Origin: an uncultured virus (IMG/VR IMGVR_UViG_3300010002_000006)
Taxonomy: Duplodnaviria > Heunggongvirae > Uroviricota > Caudoviricetes
IMG/VR virus record: IMGVR_UViG_3300010002_000006
Span: 62,001 to 126,000 of that record
Length of the DNA stretch: 64,000 nucleotides
Reading direction: 5' to 3' (one strand)
Below are positions 28,268 to 38,454 of this stretch, piece after piece; position 1 is the first letter of the stretch, and each line of letters starts with the position of its first letter. The position numbers and the translations under genes were made by a program. The notes under the pieces are model-generated. The model had not been told where the DNA came from. It saw nothing but the letters and a program-made list of their open reading frames with translations, and made no database searches.

Positions 28268-29614
28268 CTATGATTGTTCAGAATACTGGTCTTGTGCTCT
28301 GAGAAAGATCGTTAAGATGGTAGTACGTTTAAACGCAGGATTCAGCCCATTAGTGATCGGAACAAAATCAGTACGGTAACCCACTAATACACCGCGACGC
28401 ACATAAGTCTGTTCATCGTCCCGGAAGTATTGATAGGTTAACGGGTGTCCCGGTTCCAAATACCCGGTATCACCATTACGCCACTCTACCTCCAAGATCT
28501 CTCCCTGATTACGGGCTGTTTGTGATAACCCGGTCATGATGTTTCCCGTTGGCTCTAAGTCCGTGGGAATCCACTCATTACCATCGCGTCGATCAGAGAG
28601 CTTATACTCCTGCATGGAGTCAGCACGCGTTGTGAGTGCACGACCATTGTTATAATGATAACCAGTATCACCGGCAATGGCATCTCCCATTACCACACGT
28701 TTCCCGACCCCGTCGTTCTGTTTACGGATATCCGCACTGTCATCATGACTGCCCTTACCGGTAGAGATAATGGTCAAGGCCGTAGGAGTGACATAGAACG
28801 TACTGTCCAGATCAGGTATCTTATTCTCAGGTACTCGGATAATGTTCAGCGGTCGAGGATGGGTTTTAGCCCGCTCAAAGTTAAACAGCGGATAGACCCA
28901 CCAGTGGTTCTGCTTGTAGAACGATCCCAGTCCTTTGGAATAGACACCATACTCGTTGTGGGTTTGCAGATACTGCGCCACGTCGATTAAGCGAGTGCCC
29001 GTGGGAAACAGGATCTGGCGATAATTGTTGACGTTATCCACCGGTTCATACAGGGAGATTCCCTTGTACAGATCGTATCCGGTAAGGTTGGCTTCCAGAG
29101 TCCCCTGGTCTAATACACTTAACAGGACATCACGAATGTTGGCCACGGGATAGATATTCGATACAGGGATATTGCGAAGTTTAGCAAAGCCGGTATCGAT
29201 TAACTGGAAATCATACCCTACCAGGTTAATGTGGTCCATGGCACCGATGTTGTTCTGCACGCTGTTATTGTTCTCAGCACGGATATCTCGGTCCACTAAC
29301 GGCACTGCAACCAGGGTAGTGATTTTGCGATTCCGCCCCGCCCCGATAATCAGCTGACAGGTGATGTCATCACGATACGGCACCAACTTATCAAAGTAGA
29401 CACCGGGTTGCAGCTTCAAGGTGATCTGGATGGTCTCAGAACGCTTTGAGGCGAAGTCTGCGGCCACCATCATCTTCTCGACACCCAAGGCCTGGTATTG
29501 CCCTTGCGGTGTAATCAACATCGCCTGGATCGCGACATGCTCCGAGACCTTGTTAGAGATCTGTGCAGTGAGTTTGGCATGACGAAGAACGGCGGTGATC
29601 TGGTTAGTGATCAT
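28268..29614 (-). CDS. Virion structural protein, possibly baseplate hub
   Basis: 448 aa in the structural operon; C-terminal NGDTGYLEPG resembles the hub-type G...L.PG motif. Confidence 0.5.
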   Translation of the reverse strand: MITNQITAVLRHAKLTAQISNKVSEHVAIQAMLITPQGQYQALGVEKMMVAADFASKRSETIQITLKLQPGVYFDKLVPYRDDITCQLIIGAGRNRKITTLVAVPLVDRDIRAENNNSVQNNIGAMDHINLVGYDFQLIDTGFAKLRNIPVSNIYPVANIRDVLLSVLDQGTLEANLTGYDLYKGISLYEPVDNVNNYRQILFPTGTRLIDVAQYLQTHNEYGVYSKGLGSFYKQNHWWVYPLFNFERAKTHPRPLNIIRVPENKIPDLDSTFYVTPTALTIISTGKGSHDDSADIRKQNDGVGKRVVMGDAIAGDTGYHYNNGRALTTRADSMQEYKLSDRRDGNEWIPTDLEPTGNIMTGLSQTARNQGEILEVEWRNGDTGYLEPGHPLTYQYFRDDEQTYVRRGVLVGYRTDFVPITNGLNPAFKRTTILTIFLRAQDQYSEQS

Positions 29615-30246
29615 AGCCCGCCTCCAAAGCCCTGCATGAAGTCCAGAGACACGTTACCGTAAGAATTGCTGGAGTAGTTGATCGAGGACTTGTACTCATC
29701 CAAGGCTGAGTAGTAGGAGATCGGTTGATCGAAGTCCTTGCCAAACATCATGGTACCACGCAGCAAATCAATCAGGGAGGCATTCTTGATATCCGGGACA
29801 TGCAACGCCTGGTTGATCTTTTCATGGTGATAATGGGAGTAGGGGGTAAACAGCATTCGCCCTAACTTCTCAATCAGTTCCAGCTCCATGATATCCGGGG
29901 TACGCAGGTAGCTGTGACCAATCTTGATCTCAATCCAGTGATCGATCCACTTCATGATCGCTTCATAGATCACCGGGATGTCCTCACGTGGACGACTGAA
30001 CCCGATGTCAAACTGATCTCCACTGACCTGCACAGCCTGCAGGATAAAGGCTACCGTGTATGGACGCTCTGATGCGGTTAACAGGGAATTGAATCCACGG
30101 ATAGGCGGATTCTTTTCATATGCCTTGAGCTGTTCGGTGGTTAAAACCGACGCCAGCGGCAAGGTCACGTTAAACGTACGCAGGGTAAATAAACGGTAGA
30201 GTCGCACTAACTCTTCACGCAAAAAACAGTAACGTTCGGTAATCAT
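29611..30246 (-). CDS. Hypothetical protein
   Basis: 211 aa, ATGA overlap with the next gene. Confidence 0.65.
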   Translation of the reverse strand: MITERYCFLREELVRLYRLFTLRTFNVTLPLASVLTTEQLKAYEKNPPIRGFNSLLTASERPYTVAFILQAVQVSGDQFDIGFSRPREDIPVIYEAIMKWIDHWIEIKIGHSYLRTPDIMELELIEKLGRMLFTPYSHYHHEKINQALHVPDIKNASLIDLLRGTMMFGKDFDQPISYYSALDEYKSSINYSSNSYGNVSLDFMQGFGGGL

Positions 30247-30255
30247 GAATAAACC

Positions 30256-31554
30256 TTAGGTAAAGTTACTCGAGGTAATCAACGCGGTGCGGATTGCCAG
30301 GATATAGATTCCACCCATATACAGTTTGCTGGTATCATCCAACAACCAATAACCGTCCAGCACTGCCAATAACCCTTTCTTATCTATGGTTCTGTCTCGG
30401 AACATCTGCCACACAAATTGCTGCAGCGCAGTGCCTTTGCCTTCAAAGAAGTTATCACCAAAGAAATACGGCCACTCAATACCCACAGCTGGCAATGGCG
30501 GTCGGTTGTTACCAGGGATTGGAATCACGGAACCGGTATAGTTGTAGGGATAACGTGACGACCCCGCGTTGTGTACCGTAATCACACGGTTCATCTTGGA
30601 GAAGTACACATTACCGTAACCACGGGTTCCTAACAGGGACGCGCGGTTGTGGACATACATCGACTGTTTATAGCGGGCAGGGTAAGCAAAGTCATTGCGA
30701 TAGAACATGTCCCATACCGTGACCGGCTCCTGCATGTTGCGACCTTCTACCCAGTAATTCACATTCAGGCAGCGGATCTTTTCACGCGGAGCGATCTCAT
30801 TGGCGGGAATCACAAAACTCAGGAACTTGGCGAGATAAGGATCATAGAGCAGATCGTTCTCAGCATTGGGTACAACCACAGTCTCTTCATCGCTGAAGTA
30901 GTGGCGTGACAGCAAGTCATCCTGAATCGCAAACTTCGCATCATACAGACGTTTGTTAAGGGCGTAGTCCTCTTCGGTCAACACCGCATTACCACCCGCG
31001 ACTGCAGAGTCTTTGGAGTAGTAAAGTTTCTTAACGGTTTTGATATCCAGGTTCTGCTGGATAGCCGTGGTCATCACTGCTTCCAGGCTTGCTTCAAACG
31101 CATAAACCTTATCAGCTTGAATCGTGCGAAGCTCAGGCTGTTGCGTGATCACATAGAGGCCAGCCCGACCATCCCCGATATCTTTGATGAACACATCCCC
31201 TTTGTTAGGGGTGAGATCAAACAGGATATAGCCGGTAAGCTGATGTTCTACTTGACCACTGTCGGGCAGGAAGTTAAAGTTGCCGTTGCCGTTGTCAATC
31301 TTCATGATCAGATTACTGATCAAGGTATAGGATTGATAGGTCTCGATGCTTTCCGGTTGGAAGTTGTGCTGCTCACTGCTCTGCCCTAAATACTGGCGAT
31401 AGTAGTGAGTCCGGGTAGGAGTGCCCGGTACCATAGAGAGCAGGCTGGTCTGAGGAACATAGCGTGATTCAATGATATCACTCTTGTAACTCTCTGGCAG
31501 CGCACTCTCCTGCTTAACTGGTGGCTTGGTCCCACCGAACGAAGTCTGGGCCAT
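30256..31554 (-). CDS. Probable virion structural protein
   Basis: 432 aa in the structural operon. Confidence 0.55.
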   Translation of the reverse strand: MAQTSFGGTKPPVKQESALPESYKSDIIESRYVPQTSLLSMVPGTPTRTHYYRQYLGQSSEQHNFQPESIETYQSYTLISNLIMKIDNGNGNFNFLPDSGQVEHQLTGYILFDLTPNKGDVFIKDIGDGRAGLYVITQQPELRTIQADKVYAFEASLEAVMTTAIQQNLDIKTVKKLYYSKDSAVAGGNAVLTEEDYALNKRLYDAKFAIQDDLLSRHYFSDEETVVVPNAENDLLYDPYLAKFLSFVIPANEIAPREKIRCLNVNYWVEGRNMQEPVTVWDMFYRNDFAYPARYKQSMYVHNRASLLGTRGYGNVYFSKMNRVITVHNAGSSRYPYNYTGSVIPIPGNNRPPLPAVGIEWPYFFGDNFFEGKGTALQQFVWQMFRDRTIDKKGLLAVLDGYWLLDDTSKLYMGGIYILAIRTALITSSNFT

Positions 31555-33124
31555 TTAATTTACCTGTGTCTCGTAATTGAAGGTATTGCTGATAGGAGTC
31601 GGAGTTCTTGGCCACAATCATAGCGTAGAGCATGCCATAGGCTGGGAAGAACGGAGAATCTTTGCCGTCACCTAAATTGATCTGATCCAGTAACCACTCC
31701 CAATCCGCCCAACCGTTTTCACCCCAGCCATCAGGCAGTGGGAAATTCGGGAACAAGATACCAATGATCCAACGACCGTACTCTGGGTCATCCAGGAGAT
31801 CTTGAACACAATCATCAGTATAGAGATGGATGGCGTAATCAAACACGATCGTGATGCGGTAGATGTTCTCCATGCGTGGTTTACGCAACATCTGAAGTTC
31901 ACCAGTATCCGAGAGCTGGTACTGTTCTTCAAGCACCAGAATGGCATCACGTCCATCATCGGTCCACAACTGGATATTCATGGGGTTGTGATGACGGCGG
32001 GTCACCTTGCTGGCGTAGCGCTGCAAATAGAGGATCACCTGTGGGTTCCAGGTAAAGCCATTGATGTCGTTGAGGTTTAATAGATTCTGGAACTCCAGAT
32101 CCTCGACATTGATCAACACCTGTAACTGCGGACTTAAATAGGCAACGGCCTCAGGACGCCAGTTATCCTGCGTTGGGAAGACGTGGTAGAACGGTTCCTG
32201 ATTCTGCTGATAGTCCCACACCTTACGGGATGCATTGGCTTCAAAGAACGCCCGGTTCACGTAGTCTACCTTGTTGTTCTCAAACACATCCGGGACATAG
32301 TCTTCATGCATAGGACGTTGGTAGATTTGAATTGGGTATTCAAACACCCACTCCGTGTGCTCGCTCCAGTAGAACCAGTACCGGAAGCTCACCTGATAAC
32401 GCCCGATATACTGACCGTTATTCACCACCGCCATATTGGGGTTTTCCAGGTTTAATCCGATATCCGCCAAACACTGCTTAAACACAAACACCGGGGCTTT
32501 GAATGCCGCATTGCGCAAGATCCCGGTAGGAACCGTGGCATTCTCCTCCATCCAGTCCAGGAAGTGCTTATCCGTTGTTATCTGACCAGCCTGTTGCAAT
32601 AACAAGTAGATCTGGTAATAACAGTTGAGCTGGGTTTCAATTAACGGATAATGCGTCTCGACCTCAAACAAGGTGTTCTGGTGCGCACTCAACGTTTTTG
32701 ACTTGATGTTAGTGGCAAAGCGCTGAGCCGTTACTCGGTCTTTGAATAAGGCATTGACCGTGATGTTCATGCGTTTGGTAATGAACTTGGGATAGATCGC
32801 TGCCTTACTAATAGGATCCATCCACAACGCCATGTCCATCTTGTTACCGCTATAGGCGTCCAGTTCATCATTGTAGCCCGCCTCGACCTCTTCCATTTCG
32901 ATATAGAGTTTGTTGTCATACCCTAAATCGATACCGGTGTCTGATCCTCGCCGACCTTCTTTGTCCCCGCCAATGAGCTTTGATACCTCGGAATCCCCGT
33001 TGAAGAATAGGCGCTGGTTAACATTGATGTTAAAATAATCCAGTACAGTTTCCAGGGATTTCAGTACCGCAGGACGGGTACCAATTCGGTATGTTTCATT
33101 GGAAGGAATTCGTACATTAAGCAT
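31514..33124 (-). CDS. Probable virion structural protein
   Basis: 536 aa; GAGGAAG upstream; TATG in the leader. Confidence 0.55.
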   Translation of the reverse strand: MLNVRIPSNETYRIGTRPAVLKSLETVLDYFNINVNQRLFFNGDSEVSKLIGGDKEGRRGSDTGIDLGYDNKLYIEMEEVEAGYNDELDAYSGNKMDMALWMDPISKAAIYPKFITKRMNITVNALFKDRVTAQRFATNIKSKTLSAHQNTLFEVETHYPLIETQLNCYYQIYLLLQQAGQITTDKHFLDWMEENATVPTGILRNAAFKAPVFVFKQCLADIGLNLENPNMAVVNNGQYIGRYQVSFRYWFYWSEHTEWVFEYPIQIYQRPMHEDYVPDVFENNKVDYVNRAFFEANASRKVWDYQQNQEPFYHVFPTQDNWRPEAVAYLSPQLQVLINVEDLEFQNLLNLNDINGFTWNPQVILYLQRYASKVTRRHHNPMNIQLWTDDGRDAILVLEEQYQLSDTGELQMLRKPRMENIYRITIVFDYAIHLYTDDCVQDLLDDPEYGRWIIGILFPNFPLPDGWGENGWADWEWLLDQINLGDGKDSPFFPAYGMLYAMIVAKNSDSYQQYLQLRDTGKLNGPDFVRWDQATS

Positions 33125-33159
33125 AATCTCTTCCTCTTAAGAACAATCATAACATCAAA

Positions 33160-33187
33160 CCCTCTTACCCCCTAAGGAGTAAGAAGG
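33160..33187 (-). terminator. Imperfect hairpin (CTTAC...GTAAG variant)
   Basis: CCCTCTTACCCC-CTAA-GGAGTAAGAAGG; pairs better as the minus-strand RNA with G-U pairs, followed by TTT. Confidence 0.45.
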
Positions 33188-33197
33188 CTTAAAGGTT

Positions 33198-34100
33198 TTA
33201 CTCTATCTCTATTTCGATTTCACCCATATCGTCATCACTACCTTCGGTAGGAAGAGAAGGATAAGGATGTTCGCTTTGCTCACCTGTATTTAAATCCCCT
33301 TCCCCACTCACCGGATTCTCCGCACTACTCTCGTCACCTTTATCTGGTAACCCTTGCGAGTTATCAGACGTATTATCAGAGGTCTCATTATTTTTTAATG
33401 ATTCCTGATAACGGATTTGAAAAAGTTCACCTGAGGAGATAATCACAACGATATCGGAGAATGCATCTGCATACTTCTCAATCACCCGTGCACCGCTTAA
33501 CAGTCCCTTACAGACAGCCAACGATTCTGCTTTGACTTCACGGCTGAACTTGTTGATCACTGCGATCACAAATTCCAATGACAAGGAGGTGGAGACAAAG
33601 TGAACTTCATCAATCTCAATAATGGATCCCATCAAGAAGTTACGAAACTTCAAGATATCCAGTGATTGAGTAATATCCACCGAGGAGACATCGCGCTCTA
33701 CATTCAACCCTACCCCGCTAAACACATCCAACACCACGTAGCAGCGTAGCATCCCTTTATACCCATATGAGTTATGGGACAACGGTAACTCGATGTACAG
33801 AGGGTTGGATGAAGGATTTAAGGGACTCACGTTGTAGTAGTCTACGTTCTGTTCCAATCCCAGGTCATAGATCTTGCTTAATGTCGCATAGAGATCATTG
33901 ACTGTGCTGCCTGCAGACATTGAAATCGTTGGCAGGGTCAGGAAGTAATTCGTGAGATCTACCTTGGTCAGTTCAAAGAACGTTTTGATCGACCCCTTGA
34001 TTCCCTCAATGCGTGTCTCACTGTCACTAAGGGCATAGAGTTGATAAAGCGTGTAACCCTGGGGAAGGTTTTGACTCACCACGTCTTTAAAGTTCAGCAT
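33198..34100 (-). CDS. Hypothetical protein with acidic disordered C-terminus
   Basis: 300 aa; last ~65 residues rich in S/D/E/N. Confidence 0.65.
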   Translation of the reverse strand: MLNFKDVVSQNLPQGYTLYQLYALSDSETRIEGIKGSIKTFFELTKVDLTNYFLTLPTISMSAGSTVNDLYATLSKIYDLGLEQNVDYYNVSPLNPSSNPLYIELPLSHNSYGYKGMLRCYVVLDVFSGVGLNVERDVSSVDITQSLDILKFRNFLMGSIIEIDEVHFVSTSLSLEFVIAVINKFSREVKAESLAVCKGLLSGARVIEKYADAFSDIVVIISSGELFQIRYQESLKNNETSDNTSDNSQGLPDKGDESSAENPVSGEGDLNTGEQSEHPYPSLPTEGSDDDMGEIEIEIE

Positions 34101-34102
34101 AA

Positions 34103-34960
34103 TTACCCTTTGAAGTTAGAGGGAGCTGGTTTCTCTTTTACCGACGTTGCCATCTTCGAGATTGAGTTCAGACCCGCAATGATCTTGTTCTGCATGCCGC
34201 CAATGATACGGGCTTTCTTGGTCCCCTCTTTGGCTTCATCGCTGGCTTCCTTGTTCTCCTCTTTGATGCCCGCCTTCACTTCTGGCGTATCATCTTCATC
34301 GGCTACTTTAGGGGTGCGTAGTTTGTTGGCCGCATTCTGGGTTTCACTCAGGCATTTACGCAACGAGGTACCCACTGACTGAACACCCTGAGAGGAGGCA
34401 GTGTAGACTTCACCCAGTACCGAGCGCAGTTTAGCCACGGTATCACACCCTTTGACCTTTTCAGCGGCCGCACGGATCTTGTCCATGGCACTGCCGAGAT
34501 CGCGGTTCTCTTCTTTGATCTCGTTGTACTCCGCCCCGCCATCTAACGCCTTCATGATGTTCTCAGGATTACGCAGAGGAGAGTCTTCAGGAATTGGGGT
34601 GTTACCTTCTACATCACCCAACGCCGCAATACCCTTTTCTGCTTTCTCTAAGGCATCCTCAGCCGATTTCTTGGCATCACCGAAGAAGTACGTGCTGATA
34701 CGCTTGAGCATTGCTGTGATGTTATCGTAGAGCTTCTTGGCCACTTCTTTTGCTGCGTCCATAACGCTGGCTTCTGTCCCCGCCAATCCCATCATGTCAG
34801 ACAGCAGAGAGTAATGGTTCTCGTTACCGGTTAATGCAGCAAACCCATTGCCACCGGCGTCAGCCACCGTTACCGCACCATCAAAACACCACTCCAGGTG
34901 ATCGAACTCTTCGCTGATCTCAGCAGGCAGTTCGGGTACCGTCAAAAATTCTTCGTCCAT
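34103..34960 (-). CDS. Inner head protein, paralogue family
   Basis: Acidic N-terminus, TGNE and AGTE motifs, then AAKEVAKKLYDNITAMLKRISTYFF amphipathic helix. Confidence 0.6.
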   Translation of the reverse strand: MDEEFLTVPELPAEISEEFDHLEWCFDGAVTVADAGGNGFAALTGNENHYSLLSDMMGLAGTEASVMDAAKEVAKKLYDNITAMLKRISTYFFGDAKKSAEDALEKAEKGIAALGDVEGNTPIPEDSPLRNPENIMKALDGGAEYNEIKEENRDLGSAMDKIRAAAEKVKGCDTVAKLRSVLGEVYTASSQGVQSVGTSLRKCLSETQNAANKLRTPKVADEDDTPEVKAGIKEENKEASDEAKEGTKKARIIGGMQNKIIAGLNSISKMATSVKEKPAPSNFKG

Positions 34961-34963
34961 CGG

Positions 34964-35539
34964 TTAACACCCTATATAGAAATCGTTGCAGAATTCAATC
35001 ATCTCTTCAGTCAATTGAACCATGTTGAGCAGCAGAACCAGCTGGAGAACCGAACGGGACGACTCAGGTGATTCGATCCAGTATTGCACCAAACTCAGTG
35101 CCGCAGTAACCTCACCTCGAAGACGTTCATCGAGCTCTGGCGAAAAGGTAAACCGTTTACCCATTTCCTGGTTGATACGACGCTGTGCCAATAGTGGGGC
35201 CATTACCGGATAGTCCATGATCGCCTGATCCAGTTTCATCGTATTGTGACCCAGGAGCTTAGCCAGCTCAGGGTTCTCTTCCTCAGTGCCCTGTAATGTT
35301 CCCAGGGCATCTGCCAGGTCCAGAAAGTTCACAGAGAGGGTAGTGGTGACCTCAGTAAATGTAGGCAAGGTAAAGTCACCGCGAATCTCTGCCAGCGTCG
35401 CCAGGGCTTTGTTGTACACACTGGTTTCCACCATCACGGTGTTATCGATACTGACTTCCCCGCCACAGCGTTGAACCTGTAACAGCACCAGGCATTGCTT
35501 TAGAAATAAATAGTTCTCTTGATTGGTGATCATACCCAA
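34964..35539 (-). CDS. Hypothetical protein
   Basis: 191 aa within the head-protein cluster. Confidence 0.6.
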   Translation of the reverse strand: MGMITNQENYLFLKQCLVLLQVQRCGGEVSIDNTVMVETSVYNKALATLAEIRGDFTLPTFTEVTTTLSVNFLDLADALGTLQGTEEENPELAKLLGHNTMKLDQAIMDYPVMAPLLAQRRINQEMGKRFTFSPELDERLRGEVTAALSLVQYWIESPESSRSVLQLVLLLNMVQLTEEMIEFCNDFYIGC

Positions 35540-36048
35540 ACCTCAAGTGAACCCGTGAAGTAGTCATGCGTGGAGTTTACCGAGATAATCAATTTCCCCT
35601 CGATAGTTCCCAAGTGGACTTCACTGAGTTTCAAGTTATAGAAACCAAAGACTCGACAGAAGGTGACAAAGTCACGCACGCTGTCGATATCAAACGCAGT
35701 AGGCGTATCCAGAAGATATGGATCGTTTACCACCAGGTCAGTAGCATACAGGTTGTTGAGTTTTACCGCCTTGTCCGTGGTAATGGTTTTCTGACGACGC
35801 ATCACCCCTTTCTTAAAAGGACGGATATCAAGGTTAGCAGGAAAGAGACTTCCCAGGCTGACCTTGTTCATGATCACACCTACCCGTGAGATACTGTCTT
35901 GCAGCAACACCTTGTCATCCAGACTGGCACGGGCAAAGGTGAGTTGATCAAGTGAGATGCGCGTCGAGACGTTGTTTAGCTTGTCAAAGGCAGCAACGCC
36001 TAAACTCTTGATCTGCATCATGGAGAGATTCAACGGGTCAATGGTCAT
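35530..36048 (-). CDS. Hypothetical protein
   Basis: 172 aa, overlapping both neighbours. Confidence 0.6.
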   Translation of the reverse strand: MTIDPLNLSMMQIKSLGVAAFDKLNNVSTRISLDQLTFARASLDDKVLLQDSISRVGVIMNKVSLGSLFPANLDIRPFKKGVMRRQKTITTDKAVKLNNLYATDLVVNDPYLLDTPTAFDIDSVRDFVTFCRVFGFYNLKLSEVHLGTIEGKLIISVNSTHDYFTGSLEVWV

Positions 36049-37115
36049 GGGCGCAGGCTCGCATTTACAAAGTCAAGTCCTGCATCGGTGGCGGTCAGGA
36101 CATACTGAAGGTTCACGGTCATAAGGCGCTTGTTAAAACGCACCAACCAGTTCAGGTATTGACGCTGCTCAGAGGTGAGCTTCTCTTCGGCTTTGTGCTC
36201 AAACTCACGAGCACTCTTTTCAAAGGTTCGATAGAGCTGAGATACCGTACTCTGGTTTGAGCGTATCTCTTTAGAGACAGCACGTACCTTATTCAGTACG
36301 TTGTCAATCATGGGACCGCTGGGCTCAAACTCAGGTGACAACAGTTTCACCGGCACCGTGGAACTCTGGAAGTAGATCCCGATCTTGTCGAGGTTACTGG
36401 CTTTGGGTTCGTCGACAATAAGCTGCCGGTTACCTGGAATCACCTCAGAGAGATAGATATCCCCTTTATGACTCAGTCCCATGCTGGTTTTAATTACCCC
36501 CATGGTTTTGGTCAGTTGGTTTTCCAGGTTAAAGCCAGGTGATGCTGCGTCTTTAATCAGGTCCACTAATTCCCGGTACGTTTTGATGGTGTTTTTGTAA
36601 TACTCATTGACACCGTTGATTGACACTGCAATCCAGTTACCGTCTAATGACACGGTATGAGGATCCAGTAAACGTCGATGGGTCGCTGGGTATTTCACCG
36701 GGGTCGTTACAATGCCATCCCGTTTGCGGTTCGTGGATACCCGAAACTCCCGGTTATCTAAACGAGCAATACGGTTGTTGATGAGATTGAGGATAAAGTC
36801 AACAGCGTCTTTGGCCAGTTGGATTAAAAAGTCGATCATCCGTTTGGCACCGCTTGCTGCCTCCATGCCATCAACCACAGCACTGTCAAACTGTTCCGGG
36901 ATCGTGATATAACCCTGCGTAGAGAAACGTTGTAACGCGCTCTCCATACCTGTTACAGCGTCCAGCTTGTCGCTGTCAACATTGTCTTTATTTACTTTTA
37001 CATCTTGCCCAAGAAAGAAGTTCATTCTCTCTTCATAAGGTTTTAAGCGTTCCCCGTAGATGTGATCATTGGAGTTGGCAGAGGCCTTAGGGTCGGGAAT
37101 CAATTTGTTTGACAT
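36045..37115 (-). CDS. Inner head protein, paralogue family
   Basis: TGMES and DGMEA motifs followed by AKRMIDFLIQLAKDAVDFILNL helix; AGGAG upstream. Confidence 0.62.
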   Translation of the reverse strand: MSNKLIPDPKASANSNDHIYGERLKPYEERMNFFLGQDVKVNKDNVDSDKLDAVTGMESALQRFSTQGYITIPEQFDSAVVDGMEAASGAKRMIDFLIQLAKDAVDFILNLINNRIARLDNREFRVSTNRKRDGIVTTPVKYPATHRRLLDPHTVSLDGNWIAVSINGVNEYYKNTIKTYRELVDLIKDAASPGFNLENQLTKTMGVIKTSMGLSHKGDIYLSEVIPGNRQLIVDEPKASNLDKIGIYFQSSTVPVKLLSPEFEPSGPMIDNVLNKVRAVSKEIRSNQSTVSQLYRTFEKSAREFEHKAEEKLTSEQRQYLNWLVRFNKRLMTVNLQYVLTATDAGLDFVNASLRP

Positions 37116-37154
37116 AATAACTCCTAAGTGAGGTCATAGCATTAAACAACAAAA

Positions 37155-37182
37155 GGAACAAGAGGCCGAAGCCCCTTGTTCC
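37155..37182 (-). terminator. Rho-independent terminator
   Basis: Minus strand GGAACAAGGGGC-TTCG-GCCTCTTGTTCC-TTTTGTTGTTT: UUCG loop and U tract. Confidence 0.85.
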
Positions 37183-37208
37183 AAGTGAGGTTTAATCTTT
37201 ATTCAAGA

Positions 37209-38414
37209 TTAGAAGTGTGCTTTAACGAAGCTCAGCTGAGCGTCGAGGATGGCAGCACCCAGGTTGGTTGCGCCACGAGCGTACTTCAGGCCAGCGCTGT
37301 GCGCGGCTTTAACTGCACTGATGGTAGATTTAACTTCAGCTTTACCATCTGCAGTGCGGTCTTCTTTCGGCGCTTGGTTCTTCTCGATCGCAGCAACCGC
37401 TTTATCGCGCTGAGTGGTCAGAGCCGCTTTGTCCAGTTTCGCATTGTGCAGTTTGTCTGCATCAGACGCGACGCTGTTCAGGATGTTCAGCAGAACGCTC
37501 TTATCCAGTTTAGCGCCTTTCGGTGCTTCGCCTTCTTTCACGGTCACAGCCGCTTTACCCAGGCCGGCATCTTTGGTTGGAGCAACAACAGTTACTTCCG
37601 CACCCTGACCAACTTTGATCACCAGATTTTCGGTGGTTTCAGTTTTGCCATCAACGCTTGAGCTACCCGCGCCATTGAAGGCAGCAGCAACAGCGTGTGC
37701 CGCGTTAGCAGAATCGCCTTCACGTGCCATACCCAGGCCGCTCAGCTCAGAGAAGCATTTACCCTGAACAGTAACCAGCGCAGCGATCGCTTTAGAAGAA
37801 CCGTTAGCTTCCAGCAGTGATGCAGATTTCTGCAGAGTCACTTCAGCTTTGGTTTCTTTAGCAGCCTGCAGAGACGCCTTAGTGGTGCCCGCTTTGGCTT
37901 TGATGCCTTTCAGTTTGTTGAACAGACCAACAAACAGATTGATGAAGCTGTTGTACAGATCGATGAAGAATTTCTTCACAGCGCCGACTGCTTTACCAGC
38001 AGTTTCACGGAAGGTTTCCATGCCAGCGAAAGCAGCCAGGTTTGCAGTAGAAGCATCAGAGAAAGACTCTGCGCCCATTACGTCAACCGGCTGGCCGAAT
38101 TTGGCGGTGATTTTAGAAGCGTGGCGATACTGGTGTGCAAACAGTTCAGCGTTGAACGGCGTTGCGCCAGAGATCATAGATTCCATACCTTCGATGGTTT
38201 CTTCCAGCTCTTCGACTTTCTCTTCGATCGCTTCGATCGCAGTTTCGTGCTGAGCAATGTCTTTCTCAGCAGTAGCGATGTCTGCTTCCGCAGTTTTCAG
38301 TTCCGCCTCAACAACGGCTTCTGCTGCTTCTTCTGCTGTTGCAACAACAGTGGTAGCGTCCAGATCAGCGCTCTCTTGACCAGCCACGCCTGCAAAGATA
38401 TCTTTAAGTGACAT
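37209..38414 (-). CDS. Abundant inner head (inner-body-like) protein
   Basis: 401 aa, Ala/Lys-rich, codon bias like the capsid gene; acidic propeptide with AGQES, EGMES, MGAES and AGMET; own terminator. Confidence 0.7.
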   Translation of the reverse strand: MSLKDIFAGVAGQESADLDATTVVATAEEAAEAVVEAELKTAEADIATAEKDIAQHETAIEAIEEKVEELEETIEGMESMISGATPFNAELFAHQYRHASKITAKFGQPVDVMGAESFSDASTANLAAFAGMETFRETAGKAVGAVKKFFIDLYNSFINLFVGLFNKLKGIKAKAGTTKASLQAAKETKAEVTLQKSASLLEANGSSKAIAALVTVQGKCFSELSGLGMAREGDSANAAHAVAAAFNGAGSSSVDGKTETTENLVIKVGQGAEVTVVAPTKDAGLGKAAVTVKEGEAPKGAKLDKSVLLNILNSVASDADKLHNAKLDKAALTTQRDKAVAAIEKNQAPKEDRTADGKAEVKSTISAVKAAHSAGLKYARGATNLGAAILDAQLSFVKAHF

Positions 38415-38454
38415 AATAGCTATTACCTTTTTCTATAGAAAGAGTTAAAACGAT